The position numbers and the translations under genes are program-made. A stretch of DNA of 41,956 nt, taken from positions 1 through 41,956 of the forward strand of contig JANMMH010000665.1 of assembly GCA_031373055.1 (NCBI GenBank), given 5' to 3'. This DNA is from Rubrivivax sp. (GTDB lineage: Bacteria; Pseudomonadota; Gammaproteobacteria; Burkholderiales; Burkholderiaceae_C). The notes beneath the pieces are model-generated. The model did no database searches. It was given only the letters and a program-made list of their open reading frames with translations, and was not told the origin of the DNA. The first letter of the stretch is position 1. Each line of letters starts with the position of its first letter. This document shows, piece by piece, positions 18,307-28,306 of this stretch.

Positions 18307-20211
18307 TCAGGCTGCCAGCGGCGAAAGCGTCAGGTCGGAGCCCAGCAAGGCTCTCAGTTCGTCGCCGGACAGGACCTCGCGCTCAAGCAATCGCGTGGCG
18401 AGGGTATCGAGCTGTTCGCGGCGGGTCCGCAACAATCGATGGCAAGTCGCTTGGCTCTTGTCGAGCAGCAGCCGAGCTTCCTTCAGCACAGCCGCCTGAA
18501 TGTCCGGCCCCAGCAGTTCCTTGGGAACACCGGCCACGCTCAGAAGGCCGAACGCCTCGGAGAAACCGAGCGAACCCACCATGTTGATGGCGAGCTCGGA
18601 CGCACGCTTCAGGTCGTCCGACGCGCCTGAAGAGACACTGTCGAACACCAGCAATTCGGCTTCGCGACCCGCCAACGTCATCGCCAGCCGGCTCGTGAGT
18701 TCCGCCTGCTTGTAGAGCGGATCCTCGGTCTCGCGGGTGATGTAGGTCACGCCAAGCGCCTTGCCTCGCGGCTCGATGGTGACGCGTTCGACCATGCCGG
18801 CCTTCAGCCAGTGGCCGACGAGGGCGTGCCCTGACTCGTGATACGCCAGGCGCCTGCGCGTGTCTTCGGTCAGCAAATCCTTGATGGAAGATACCTCGCC
18901 GCCCAACTGGTGCGTCTCGATGGCGCGCAGGAAGCATTCGGCGCCCACGTGTTCGGCCCGCGCCTCGGCCGCCGTGGAAGCGGCCTTGTTCACGAGGTTG
19001 GCGATGTCGGCCGGCGACATGCCGGAGCTCATGCGCGCCAGCGCCGCGGTGTCGGCGCTGCCGTCACTCGCCACCTTGCCGATGTAGAGGTTGAACAGCC
19101 GCTGGCGCTCCGGCAGTGTTGGCAAGCCCAGGCGAACCAGCATGTCGAATCGGCCCGGTCGGCGCATGGCCTCGTCGATGTTGTCCTCGTGGTTGGTTGC
19201 CGCCACGACGACCACGTTGTCCAGCGGCTCGAAGCCATCCATTTCGACAAGCACGCGGTTGATGATGCGGTTCAGTTCCGACTCCGCACCGCCGCCCTCG
19301 CCGCGCGTTCGCTTGCCGATGCCATCGATCTCGTCGATGAAGAGCACACACGGGGCGTTCTTGCGCGCCAACTTGAACAGCTCCTTGACCTTGCTCACCC
19401 CGGCGCCGTAGAACATCGCGGTGAAGTAGGACCCGTCGACCGAGATGAAGTTGGCCTTGCTTTCGCCGGCCAACGCCCTGGCCAGCAGGGTCTTGCCCGT
19501 GCCGGGCGGGCCGACGAGCAGCACCCCTCGGGGCGCCGTTGCGCCTAGTTTCGCGTAGCGCGCCGGGTCGTGCATGAAGGCCTTGACGCGATGGAGCGCC
19601 GCCTTGGCCTCGTCGTTGCCTATGGCATCGCCGAACTGCGTCTCGGGGCGAGTCGAGAGTTTGGACGCTGCGCCGCCCACACCGGCCTGCAATTTCGCGC
19701 CGACGAACAAGGCGCCCACCAGCGTTGCGACCAGCAGCAACGGCGACAGCAGGCTGTTGACCATGTCCAGCAGGCGATGGCTGGCCGTGCGCGGGTCGAC
19801 ATCCACGCTGACCAAGGCAAAGCCTGCCTCCAGACTCTTGTCACCGAGCCGCTCAAGGAGCGTACCGGCGCAACCAAGTGCAGTGCACCCGGGCACGGTC
19901 GAACTGGCCTTCTCTCCGGTCCTGAGGGTGTACAAAATGAGCCCAGGGTGGCCATTGGCCAGTCCGACAACCGACAAGTTCCGGGCCTCGAGCGCCGTTC
20001 TGAATTCCGACACGTTGCGTTGATGCGCGAGCCAGTCGTCGGACGCCCTTTCCAGCTGCAAGGCCTCAGGGCTCTTGCGCGCATCGGCTTCTTGCGTTGC
20101 CCATCCGTTGAGGGCAACGACGGCACAAACCAGCAGCGTCACGATCGCCGCGGCAACAGGAATGCGCGGGTTGCCGCGGGCGTGTTTGCGAAGTCGGGTC
20201 CAGGAGTTCAT
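18307..20211 (-). CDS. FtsH-like membrane AAA+ zinc metalloprotease (divergent paralogue)
   Basis: Two TM helices; Walker A GPPGTGKT, Walker [23 protein letters not shown], and M41 motifs [20 protein letters not shown]. Confidence 0.92.
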   Translation of the reverse strand: MNSWTRLRKHARGNPRIPVAAAIVTLLVCAVVALNGWATQEADARKSPEALQLERASDDWLAHQRNVSEFRTALEARNLSVVGLANGHPGLILYTLRTGEKASSTVPGCTALGCAGTLLERLGDKSLEAGFALVSVDVDPRTASHRLLDMVNSLLSPLLLVATLVGALFVGAKLQAGVGGAASKLSTRPETQFGDAIGNDEAKAALHRVKAFMHDPARYAKLGATAPRGVLLVGPPGTGKTLLARALAGESKANFISVDGSYFTAMFYGAGVSKVKELFKLARKNAPCVLFIDEIDGIGKRTRGEGGGAESELNRIINRVLVEMDGFEPLDNVVVVAATNHEDNIDEAMRRPGRFDMLVRLGLPTLPERQRLFNLYIGKVASDGSADTAALARMSSGMSPADIANLVNKAASTAAEARAEHVGAECFLRAIETHQLGGEVSSIKDLLTEDTRRRLAYHESGHALVGHWLKAGMVERVTIEPRGKALGVTYITRETEDPLYKQAELTSRLAMTLAGREAELLVFDSVSSGASDDLKRASELAINMVGSLGFSEAFGLLSVAGVPKELLGPDIQAAVLKEARLLLDKSQATCHRLLRTRREQLDTLATRLLEREVLSGDELRALLGSDLTLSPLAA

Positions 20212-20741
20212 CGGAATACCCGACAGTCTCGGGTCAGTGTGTGACGATCAGGGCCCGCAGACGACCAGCCGCGGAGGACGCGCCGTTGCGCGTGACATGC
20301 GAGTGGTGCAGACCGCAGGCCGCGTCTACGGCCGCAGGTGGACGCAGAACGACCTGTTTGGAGTTTGAGCACGCAATTCCTTCACCGGAGAGGTCGCGGG
20401 CATCAATGCCGGCGACGATTCCCTCGATGTCACGATACCCATGCGGCTCACCAAGATGGGAAAGAGAAGCAGGTCTCTATGCTGGCTGTTCGAGCGATGG
20501 CCTGATGCGCAAAGCACGTGAGTTCGCGGGTTTCGGACAGGCTCGTCCAAAGCCTACAGCGAGGGTGCTGGTCCTCACGCGTCGTTTTGGGAACATGACG
20601 AAACGGAGTTCACGGAGCCAAGGTGAAGCGTCACTTTCCATGCGGCTCGCAGAGCTTCGACAAGGGCGCGAACAGCGCTTCCACTGGCGCCGGCTTCACC
20701 CACCAGGCGAGCCGCGCCCCTCGCCTAAGATGATCGGCTCC

Positions 20742-23336
20742 ATGAACGAACCGACCTCCACCGCCGAACTGCTGAAGGGCGACTTCTCGCGCCATTCTCC
20801 AATGATGGCCCAGTACCTGCGCATCAAGGCCGATTTCCCCGACACGCTGGTGTTCTTTCGCATGGGTGACTTCTACGAAGTCTTCTATGACGACGCGCGC
20901 AAGGCGCATCGCTTGCTCGACATCGCCTTGACCAGCCGCGGCGCCAGCGATGGTGAGCCGGTGGTGATGGCCGGTGTGCCGGTGCATGCGCTCGAGGCCT
21001 ACCTCGCGCGCCTGATCCGCCTGGGTGAAGCGGTCGCCATTGCCGAGCAGGTAGGTGATGTGGCCACGGCCAAAGGTCCCGTCGAACGCAAGGTGGTGCG
21101 CGTGGTGACGCCAGGCACCTTAACCGACCCGTCGCTGATGAGCGAGCGTGCCGACACCGTGCTCGCCGCTGTGCATCGCCAGCGTAATAGCTGGGGCTTG
21201 GCGTGGATGAGCCTGTCGGCCGGGCAGCTGGGTTTGACCGAATGCAGCGAAGCCGAGCTCGGCACCTGGCTGGCGCGGCTGGATCCGGCCGAGCTGCTCT
21301 TTGACGGCCACGAGTTGCCACTCGTCGTGCAGCAATCGCGCGCCGCACGCACGCCGCGCCCGGCCTGGCAGTTCGACAGTGCACTGGGCGAGCGCAAGCT
21401 GCGTGAGCAACTCAACGTGGCCACGCTCGCCGGTTTCAACGCGCAGGACTTGAGCGTCGCCCACAGCGCCGCCGCCGCGCTGCTGGCCTACGCCGAGCAC
21501 ACGCAGTCGCAGGCCTTGACGCATATGCGCAGCCTGCACGTGGCGCGTGCTAACGATCTACTTGACCTGCCTCTGGTGACGCAGCGCAACCTGGAACTCG
21601 TGCGCACCTTGCGCGGCGAAGACGGGCCCACGCTGCTGTCGCTTCTGGACAGCTGCATGTCGGGCATGGGCAGCCGGCTCTTGCGCCATTGGCTCTTGCA
21701 GCCGCCGCGCGAGCGCACGACGCCGAGCGCGCGCTTCGGCGCCATTGCGCGCTTCATCGAGCATGGCTACGCGCCGCTGCGCGAGGCCATGCGCCACATC
21801 AGTGATGTCGAACGCATCGTGGCGCGCATCGCGCTGCGCCAGGTGCGCCCGCGTGAACTGGCGGGCCTGCGCGCCACGCTGGAGGCGCTGCCCACGTTGA
21901 TTGATGCTGTGCCCTGGGGGGGCGAGTTGCTGCTGGCGTTTCGCGAGGCACTCACACCCGACGCGCAGATCGCCGAGATCCTGAGCGCCATCGCGGAAGA
22001 GCCCGGCGTGCTGCTGCGCGACGGCGGCGTCATCGCGCCGGGTGTGGACGCGGCACTCGACGAGCTGCGTGGGATCAACGAGCACAGCGACGCCTATCTG
22101 CTGGCGCTGGAAGCACGTGAGCGCGAACGCACCGGCATCCACAACCTGCGCGTGCAGTTCAACAAGGTGCACGGCTTCTACATCGAGGTCACGAGCTCGG
22201 GCCTGGCGCGTGTGCCCGCCGACTACCAGCGCCGGCAAACGCTGAAGAACGCCGAGCGCTTCATCACGCCCGAGCTCAAGACCTTCGAGGACAAAGCCCT
22301 GTCGGCGCAAGAGCGCGCGCTGGCACGTGAAAAGTTCCTGTACGAGCAGATGCTGGACGCCCTGCAAGCCCACTTGCTAACGCTGTCGGCACTGGCACGC
22401 GCTCTCGCCAGCCTGGACGCATTGGCGGCACTGGCCGAGCGCGCCGAAACCTTGCAGTGGTGCCAGCCGCAGTTCGTGCCCTACCCCTGCATCGAGATCG
22501 AAGCCGGCCGCCACCCCGTGGTGCAGGCGCGCCTGCGCGAGACCGGCGCGCCGGAGTTCATTGCCAACCATTGCCGGCTTGATGCACGCACGCGCATGCT
22601 CATCATCACCGGGCCCAACATGGGCGGCAAAAGCACCTTCATGCGCCAGGTGGCCCTCATCACGCTGCTGGCGGCGATGGGGTCGTATGTGCCGGCCAGC
22701 GCCTGCAAGCTCGGGCCCATCGACGCCATCCACACGCGCATCGGCGCGGCGGACGACCTGGCCAATGCGCAGTCGACCTTCATGCTGGAGATGACCGAGG
22801 CCGCCGCCATCATCCACAGCGCCACCGAGCACAGCCTGGTGCTGATGGACGAGATCGGCCGCGGCACCAGCACCTTCGACGGCCTGGCGCTGGCAGGCGC
22901 AATTGCCACGCAGCTGCACGAGCGCAACCGTTCGTTCACGCTCTTTGCTACCCATTATTTTGAGCTGACAGAGTTTCCGCAAAAGCACGAACAGGCCGTC
23001 AATTTGCATGTCGGCGCGGTGGAGAGCGGGCACGACATCGTGTTCCTGCATCAGATGGAAAGCGGCCCCGCCAGCCGCAGCTATGGCGTGCAGGTGGCGC
23101 GCCTGGCGGGCATGCCACCCGCATTGATTCGTCAGGCCCGCGCCACGCTGGAAGCGCTGGAGCGGCAGGCGAATGCGGGTGCGTTGCAGGTTGATCTCTT
23201 TGCCGCGCCGGCGGCCGACGTCGCAGCCGCAGAGCCGTCGGCCGCATTGACCATGCTGGCCAGCATCGACCCCGATGCACTGACGCCGCGTGAAGCGTTG
23301 GAGGCGCTGTACCGGCTCAAGGCCGCGACGAGCTGA
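20742..23336 (+). CDS. mutS: DNA mismatch repair protein MutS
   Basis: [67 protein letters not shown] and clamp-binding-like QVDLF. The track ORF from 20241 is over-extended. Confidence 0.98.
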   Translation: MNEPTSTAELLKGDFSRHSPMMAQYLRIKADFPDTLVFFRMGDFYEVFYDDARKAHRLLDIALTSRGASDGEPVVMAGVPVHALEAYLARLIRLGEAVAIAEQVGDVATAKGPVERKVVRVVTPGTLTDPSLMSERADTVLAAVHRQRNSWGLAWMSLSAGQLGLTECSEAELGTWLARLDPAELLFDGHELPLVVQQSRAARTPRPAWQFDSALGERKLREQLNVATLAGFNAQDLSVAHSAAAALLAYAEHTQSQALTHMRSLHVARANDLLDLPLVTQRNLELVRTLRGEDGPTLLSLLDSCMSGMGSRLLRHWLLQPPRERTTPSARFGAIARFIEHGYAPLREAMRHISDVERIVARIALRQVRPRELAGLRATLEALPTLIDAVPWGGELLLAFREALTPDAQIAEILSAIAEEPGVLLRDGGVIAPGVDAALDELRGINEHSDAYLLALEARERERTGIHNLRVQFNKVHGFYIEVTSSGLARVPADYQRRQTLKNAERFITPELKTFEDKALSAQERALAREKFLYEQMLDALQAHLLTLSALARALASLDALAALAERAETLQWCQPQFVPYPCIEIEAGRHPVVQARLRETGAPEFIANHCRLDARTRMLIITGPNMGGKSTFMRQVALITLLAAMGSYVPASACKLGPIDAIHTRIGAADDLANAQSTFMLEMTEAAAIIHSATEHSLVLMDEIGRGTSTFDGLALAGAIATQLHERNRSFTLFATHYFELTEFPQKHEQAVNLHVGAVESGHDIVFLHQMESGPASRSYGVQVARLAGMPPALIRQARATLEALERQANAGALQVDLFAAPAADVAAAEPSAALTMLASIDPDALTPREALEALYRLKAATS

Positions 23337-23416
23337 GTTGCTGCGCCCACAGTGGCGCCAGCCACTTGTCCTGAATGGCCCTTGTCGAATTGGCTGGGCG
23401 CAGCGAGCATCGCCTT

Positions 23417-24196
23417 GTGATAACGCCCCAACTGATCAGCCTCACCGCCGGCCATAGCAGTAGCCATAGCACCAGCGCGCTTGACGTCCGCCCCGCCAAC
23501 AACCACACGGTGCTGGTGTGGGGTGACGACGCCTACGCGCGCCGCCACTGGGCCGCCGCACTCGCCGATGAAGGCCTCAGCGTCGACATCTGCGCCAGCG
23601 ACGACAGCAGCCCCACCACGCGCAGCGCCGATGCCTGGGTGCTGCACATCAGCAGTGGCCTCAGCGCCAATTTGGGCCGGCTGCGGGCCATGCAGGCGAT
23701 GCAAACCAACTCGGTGGCGCCACCACTTTTGGTGGCGGCGCGCGCGCTGCGCGAGCTTGACCAGGTGCTGGCGCTGGAGATGGGTGCCGACGATGTGGTG
23801 GACACCAGCCTGGCCGCGTCGGTCGTGGCGGCCAGATTGCGTGCTTTGTGGCGCCGCGCCCAGCGCGTGGCACCGAGCGCAGAGCCCACCGAGCTGCGCT
23901 TTGGCGCGCTGCATCTCTTGCGCCACGAACGCCGGGTGCTGCTGGCCGGTGAGGCCGTGGCACTCACCGAAGGCGAGTTTGCGGTGCTGCGGCTGCTCGC
24001 CTGCCGTGCCGGCACGACGCTGCCGCGCCACGAGATCTTGCGCCGTGTGCGTGGCCTGGACGACCACCCGATGGACCGCTCGATCGACAGCCGCATCTAC
24101 CGCATCCGCGCCAAGCTCGGCGACAACCGCGTCGCCAACCCGCGCATCCGCACCGTGCGCAACCTGGGCTACGCGCTCACGCAGGCGCCTTGGTAG
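23417..24196 (+). CDS. OmpR-family response regulator with an atypical receiver domain
   Basis: Winged helix LTEGEFAVL..R.EIL..DRSIDSRIYRIRAKL..IRTVRNLGY; receiver remnant ALEMGADD with His in place of the phospho-Asp (WVLHIS). Start uncertain (23375 or 23417). Confidence 0.85.
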   Translation: MITPQLISLTAGHSSSHSTSALDVRPANNHTVLVWGDDAYARRHWAAALADEGLSVDICASDDSSPTTRSADAWVLHISSGLSANLGRLRAMQAMQTNSVAPPLLVAARALRELDQVLALEMGADDVVDTSLAASVVAARLRALWRRAQRVAPSAEPTELRFGALHLLRHERRVLLAGEAVALTEGEFAVLRLLACRAGTTLPRHEILRRVRGLDDHPMDRSIDSRIYRIRAKLGDNRVANPRIRTVRNLGYALTQAPW

Positions 24197-25700
24197 ATGC
24201 GCTGGCGCCAGCCGGCAGCGATGCCAGCAGTTCCCTGAGCACGGCGCACACGGTGCGCAAGGTGTCGACCACCACGCCCTCGCGCCAGCCCATGGTGCCC
24301 AGCACCAGGCCGTTGCACGCGCCTTGCTGCCAGCACATTGCTGACAGCGGCTCTACGGCAATACGGCGCTGACGCAGGGCCGTCGTCGCGACCAGGTCGC
24401 TCAGCGCGCTCGGCAGGTGCAGGCAAACCTGGGCGCCGGTGTCCAGGCTGCTTTGCCGCAGCCCCGATGGCAGCGCATCGTCCAGCGTTTGCTGCACCAC
24501 CATGCGCCGGCGTTGCAGCTGCTCGCGCGTGTGGTGCAGGTGCCGGCTCAGCGCACCACTGTCGATGAACTGTGCCAGCGCCCATTGCGTGGGCAACGGC
24601 ACGCGCTCGCCGCGCCCGGCATGCGCCGCGATGATGGCCGGCGCATGGTGCGCGGGCAGCACCAGGTAGCCCACACGCAGCGAAGGGAACATCACGCCTT
24701 CGAAGGTGCCGAGCAAACACACACGCTGCGCAGCGTCGCGCTGGAAGAGCGTGGGCAACTGCTGGCTGCGCGGCAGCCACTCGTCGTTGTAGTGGCCTTC
24801 GATGATCCAGGCCTCACGCTCGGCGGCCCAGGCCAGCAGCTCGTCGCCACGCGCCATGGATGTGATCTGGCCCAGCGGGTACTGCGCCAGCGGGTGCAGA
24901 TAGACCAAGCGCGCGTGCTCGGCGCTGCGCCGAAGTTGCGCCACATCGAAGCCGCTGCCGTCGAGCGTGATGGCCGCGACCTTGGCACCAAGCACGCTGA
25001 AGAGCTGGGCCAGCGATGGGTGGCTGGGGTCTTCCACCGCCACCGCATCACCGGGCGCCAGGAGGTAGCGCGCCAGCGTGGTGATGCCTTCACGCGGGCT
25101 GCCCACCACCAGCACCTGCTCAGGCCTGCAACTCAAGCCGCGTGCCGAGGCCAGATACCGCACGATGGCTTCACGCAAGGCAGGCAGGCCGCTGGGCGCG
25201 CCGCCGCCAAGCAAAGCGACGTGCTCGCTGTCATAGGCCGCCACACTCAAGCGCCGCCACAGCGCGAGCGGAAAGTCGTCCAGTGGCATCGCACGCGGGT
25301 GCAGTGGCGGCGGGCGCGTGGAGCGCGCGGCGGCTTCGGTGCGCTCCCGTGGGACGTGGATGCCGCGCTGGCGCTGCAGAACCTGTTGGGCCGGCTGCGT
25401 GGGCTCGCGCCTGATGGCTGCGGCGGGCGGCGCTGCGGTTGCAGCGACGTACGTGCCGTCGCCCACGCGGCGTTCAAGAAGGCCCTCCGTTTGCAGGTTA
25501 GCAAAGGCCTCGTCCACGGCGCCACGCGAGACCCGCCACTCCAACGCGAGCTGCCGCGCCGAAGGCAGCCGCATGCCCGCACCCAGCGCACCGGCGTCGA
25601 TGGCATGGCGCACGGTGCGGTAGACACGCGCCCACTGCGGCGCACCGTCGGCCATGTCGTCATGCACGGCCTGGATGAAGACGCCGGCGGCCGACTTCAC
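24177..25700 (-). CDS. MocR/GabR-type GntR regulator (wHTH + aminotransferase-like domain), copy 1
   Basis: RLPSARQLA..VSRGAV..L..EGLL.RRVGDGTYV, GLPALREAI, VAVEDP, QYPLG and FPSLRVGY motifs; GTG start overlaps the upstream TGA. Confidence 0.92.
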   Translation of the reverse strand: MKSAAGVFIQAVHDDMADGAPQWARVYRTVRHAIDAGALGAGMRLPSARQLALEWRVSRGAVDEAFANLQTEGLLERRVGDGTYVAATAAPPAAAIRREPTQPAQQVLQRQRGIHVPRERTEAAARSTRPPPLHPRAMPLDDFPLALWRRLSVAAYDSEHVALLGGGAPSGLPALREAIVRYLASARGLSCRPEQVLVVGSPREGITTLARYLLAPGDAVAVEDPSHPSLAQLFSVLGAKVAAITLDGSGFDVAQLRRSAEHARLVYLHPLAQYPLGQITSMARGDELLAWAAEREAWIIEGHYNDEWLPRSQQLPTLFQRDAAQRVCLLGTFEGVMFPSLRVGYLVLPAHHAPAIIAAHAGRGERVPLPTQWALAQFIDSGALSRHLHHTREQLQRRRMVVQQTLDDALPSGLRQSSLDTGAQVCLHLPSALSDLVATTALRQRRIAVEPLSAMCWQQGACNGLVLGTMGWREGVVVDTLRTVCAVLRELLASLPAGASASTKAPA

Positions 25701-27133
25701 CACGCCGACAGCTCAGGCTTGGCCAGCCGCGTGGCGTCGACGACCTCCTTGACGATGGCCAACGCCTGCGCGATCTGCGCTTCGTCACTGCCGCCGTAGC
25801 CAAGCACCAGGCCGTTGAGGCCACGCGGCAGCGCGCAAAGCGCCGAGAGTGCGCTGACCTCAACCCCGCGCGTGGCCAAGGCGGCCGCGACGGCCTGGTC
25901 GGGCACGTCGGCGGGCAAGTGCAAACAGGCATGCACGCCGGCACCCGTGGGTCCGAGCTGCGCGCGTGCACCCAGCTGCTGCGCCACGCCCGCACACAAC
26001 GCGCGGCGGCGGCCGTCGTAAAGCGTGCGCAGCTGGCGCAGGTGCGTGCCGAGTTGGCCCGCGTCGATGAATGACGCGAGTGCGGCTTGCATGGCCACCG
26101 GGCTGTGGTCGCCCATCATGCCGCGCACGGCCTTGAACACCGGCACCAGCGACTCGGGCAACAGTACAAACGCCAAGCGCAGCGAAGGAAACATGCAGCC
26201 GTTGAAGGTGCCGACATAGAGCACGCGCGCGGCGCGGTCGCGGCGCCACAGTGCCGCGGGCTGTTCACCACGCGGCGAAATCTCGGCCATGTGGTCGCCT
26301 TCAATGATCCAGGCGCCGGCGGCGTCCGCGCGCTCCAGCAAAGCGCGCCGGCGCTCGGCCCCGGTGCGCCAGCCCGTCGGGTATTGGTTCAAGGGGTGCA
26401 GGTAGTAGGCCGCTGCGTTGGGCGCCAGGCGCGCTGCGGCAGCGACGTCAAAACCTTGCTCGTCCACCGGCACGGGCACGACATTCAAGTGCGCCTGGCG
26501 CAGCACGCGCAGGACACCGGGGAAGCCAGGGTCTTCGACCGCGACCTGCGCGCCGGGTTCGAGCAAAACCTGGGCGATGAGTTCGATCGCATGCATGGCG
26601 CTGTTGACGATCAAGATCTGCTCTGGCGCGCAGTCGATCGAGCGCGTCAGTCGCAGGAAGCGCGCCGTGGCCACACGCAAGCTTTCCAGGCCTGCGGGCG
26701 GGCCGTAGCTGAGCGGGTCGCGCTGGTTGCCGATGGCGCGGCGCAGGTGGCGCTTCCACGCTGCCATCGGAAAGTGGTCGATGTCGGTGGCCAAAGGCCG
26801 CAGCAAAGGCAGCGTTTCAGTGAACGGTGTGGGGTCCCGAGCTGCGGTGGCGGGCGCGGCCTTGAGCAGCTCACCGTGCTCGGCCAGGCTGCGCACAAAA
26901 CTGCCGCTGCCCACACGGCGCTCGATCAAGCCTTCGCTCACCAGCTGCGCGTAGGCGTCGTCGACCGCACTGCGCGGCACCGCCCATTGCCGCGCCAGCT
27001 CACGCGCCGAAGGCAGCCGTGTACCGGCCTGCAACTGGCCCGTGCGCAGCGCGCTGAGCAGTTGCTGAACCACGGCCCGGCGACCCGGTTGCGCGGGGCC
27101 TGGCAGCAGCCCTGGCACGTCATTCAGTTGCAT
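25697..27133 (-). CDS. MocR/GabR-type GntR regulator, copy 2
   Basis: RLPSARELA, EGLIERRVGSGSFV, VAVEDPGF, NQYPTG, FPSLRLAF and GLVLGYG motifs. Confidence 0.92.
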   Translation of the reverse strand: MQLNDVPGLLPGPAQPGRRAVVQQLLSALRTGQLQAGTRLPSARELARQWAVPRSAVDDAYAQLVSEGLIERRVGSGSFVRSLAEHGELLKAAPATAARDPTPFTETLPLLRPLATDIDHFPMAAWKRHLRRAIGNQRDPLSYGPPAGLESLRVATARFLRLTRSIDCAPEQILIVNSAMHAIELIAQVLLEPGAQVAVEDPGFPGVLRVLRQAHLNVVPVPVDEQGFDVAAAARLAPNAAAYYLHPLNQYPTGWRTGAERRRALLERADAAGAWIIEGDHMAEISPRGEQPAALWRRDRAARVLYVGTFNGCMFPSLRLAFVLLPESLVPVFKAVRGMMGDHSPVAMQAALASFIDAGQLGTHLRQLRTLYDGRRRALCAGVAQQLGARAQLGPTGAGVHACLHLPADVPDQAVAAALATRGVEVSALSALCALPRGLNGLVLGYGGSDEAQIAQALAIVKEVVDATRLAKPELSAW

Positions 27134-27429
27134 GGCGACACGACCTCACGACTCGCACCGAAGCATAGCGCCCGGCGCCCGCCGATTCTGGGCAACGTGG
27201 GGCGCTGCGGCCATTGGCGCGGTCGCGCTTCGTCACACCATGGCGCCGTTCGTCGCAAGCCGCCGCGCAAGGCCGCTGGCACATCGTAGAACTGCACGCT
27301 GTCACCGCCGCCGTGTGTCATGCGCCGCATTTTGCGAACCCCAGGCCCGCACATCGAATTGGCTTGTCGCCTGTCGCCGTAATGGTTCTAGCGCAGGCAT
27401 CACATCCTCACCGATCATCCTTGCACCGC

Positions 27430-27975
27430 ATGGCCACACCCACCTCCGCTTTGATCGCCGTCCACGCCCTCGCGCCACGCTTGGTGCTGCTCGTGGGCGA
27501 AGCCTTGCGGCCACAAGCTGCCGTCTTGAGCGAGCTCGCGCAGGACGGCCTGCGCTGTGTCTGGCGCACCAACGCAGAGCAGGCTTTGCGCACCGCCGCG
27601 ATGGCGCACTTCGATGTGGTCTGTCTGGACAGCGCCGTCATCGGTGGTCCTTCGGCCTGGGCGCTGACGCGATTGCGCGAAGCCCTGCGCTGCCCCATCG
27701 CGGTGATCGGCCATGGTGTTGATACGCAAGAGGAGCTGCGCGCGCTGGAGCACGGCGCCGACCTCTATCTCGCGCGGCCGCTGCCACCACGGCGCTTGTG
27801 CGCGCACTTGCTAGCCCTGCTGCGCCGGCCTTGGGCGCTGTCGGCGCAGGCATCGCCGCCGCCGTGGGCCCATGCCTTGGGCACGACCGACACCACCACC
27901 GCCAGCGGCTGCACCGGCACGTGCGCTAACGCCGCAGGTCAGCGCCATCTCATGGCCCGCCGACTCGCTGCCTGA
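27430..27975 (+). CDS. Degenerate stand-alone receiver-domain protein (no output domain)
   Basis: FDVVCLD, LTRLR..CPIAVI, ALEHGADLYLARP and LLALLRR receiver pattern, followed by a low-complexity tail. Confidence 0.7.
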   Translation: MATPTSALIAVHALAPRLVLLVGEALRPQAAVLSELAQDGLRCVWRTNAEQALRTAAMAHFDVVCLDSAVIGGPSAWALTRLREALRCPIAVIGHGVDTQEELRALEHGADLYLARPLPPRRLCAHLLALLRRPWALSAQASPPPWAHALGTTDTTTASGCTGTCANAAGQRHLMARRLAA

Positions 27976-28244
27976 GGGCCGCCACCGCCAGCGCGATCTG
28001 CGCTTCGGCGCCGCCACCAAAACCCAGCACCCAGCAGCGCCAGACATCGGGCGGGAATTGCGAGATGTCGCCCACTTGCGGGCGCAGGCTCAGGCCGCGC
28101 TGCTGGTGCAAGGGGCCATCGGCCGGACGCTGGGTGATCGACGGCAAGCGCTGCAGCAGCTGCTGTCTGACGGCGCCAGGCCCGCGTCTCGGCCGGGGTC
28201 AAGCTCTGCCCTTGAATAAACCAACCCGCAGCGCGCTTGCCCAC
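27950..28244 (-). pseudogene. Probable decayed fragment of a third MocR-like gene
   Basis: Minus-strand peptide ..AVRQQLLQRLPS..WVLGFGGGAEAQIALAVAALRQ resembles the copy 2 C-terminus LVLGYGGSDEAQIAQALAIV. AAGWFIQG in a neighbouring frame resembles AAGAWIIEG. Confidence 0.5.
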
Positions 28245-28306
28245 AACGCCCCCATACGCACAGTGGCGAACCCAGGCTGCGCATTCTGCAGGGCATCTGC
28301 CTCAGC

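Noticed and set aside
20241-20741. Apparent 167-aa N-terminal extension of MutS
   Set aside because: No similarity to MutS domains; conserved sequence starts near HSPMMAQY, so this is open-frame run-on through intergenic DNA.
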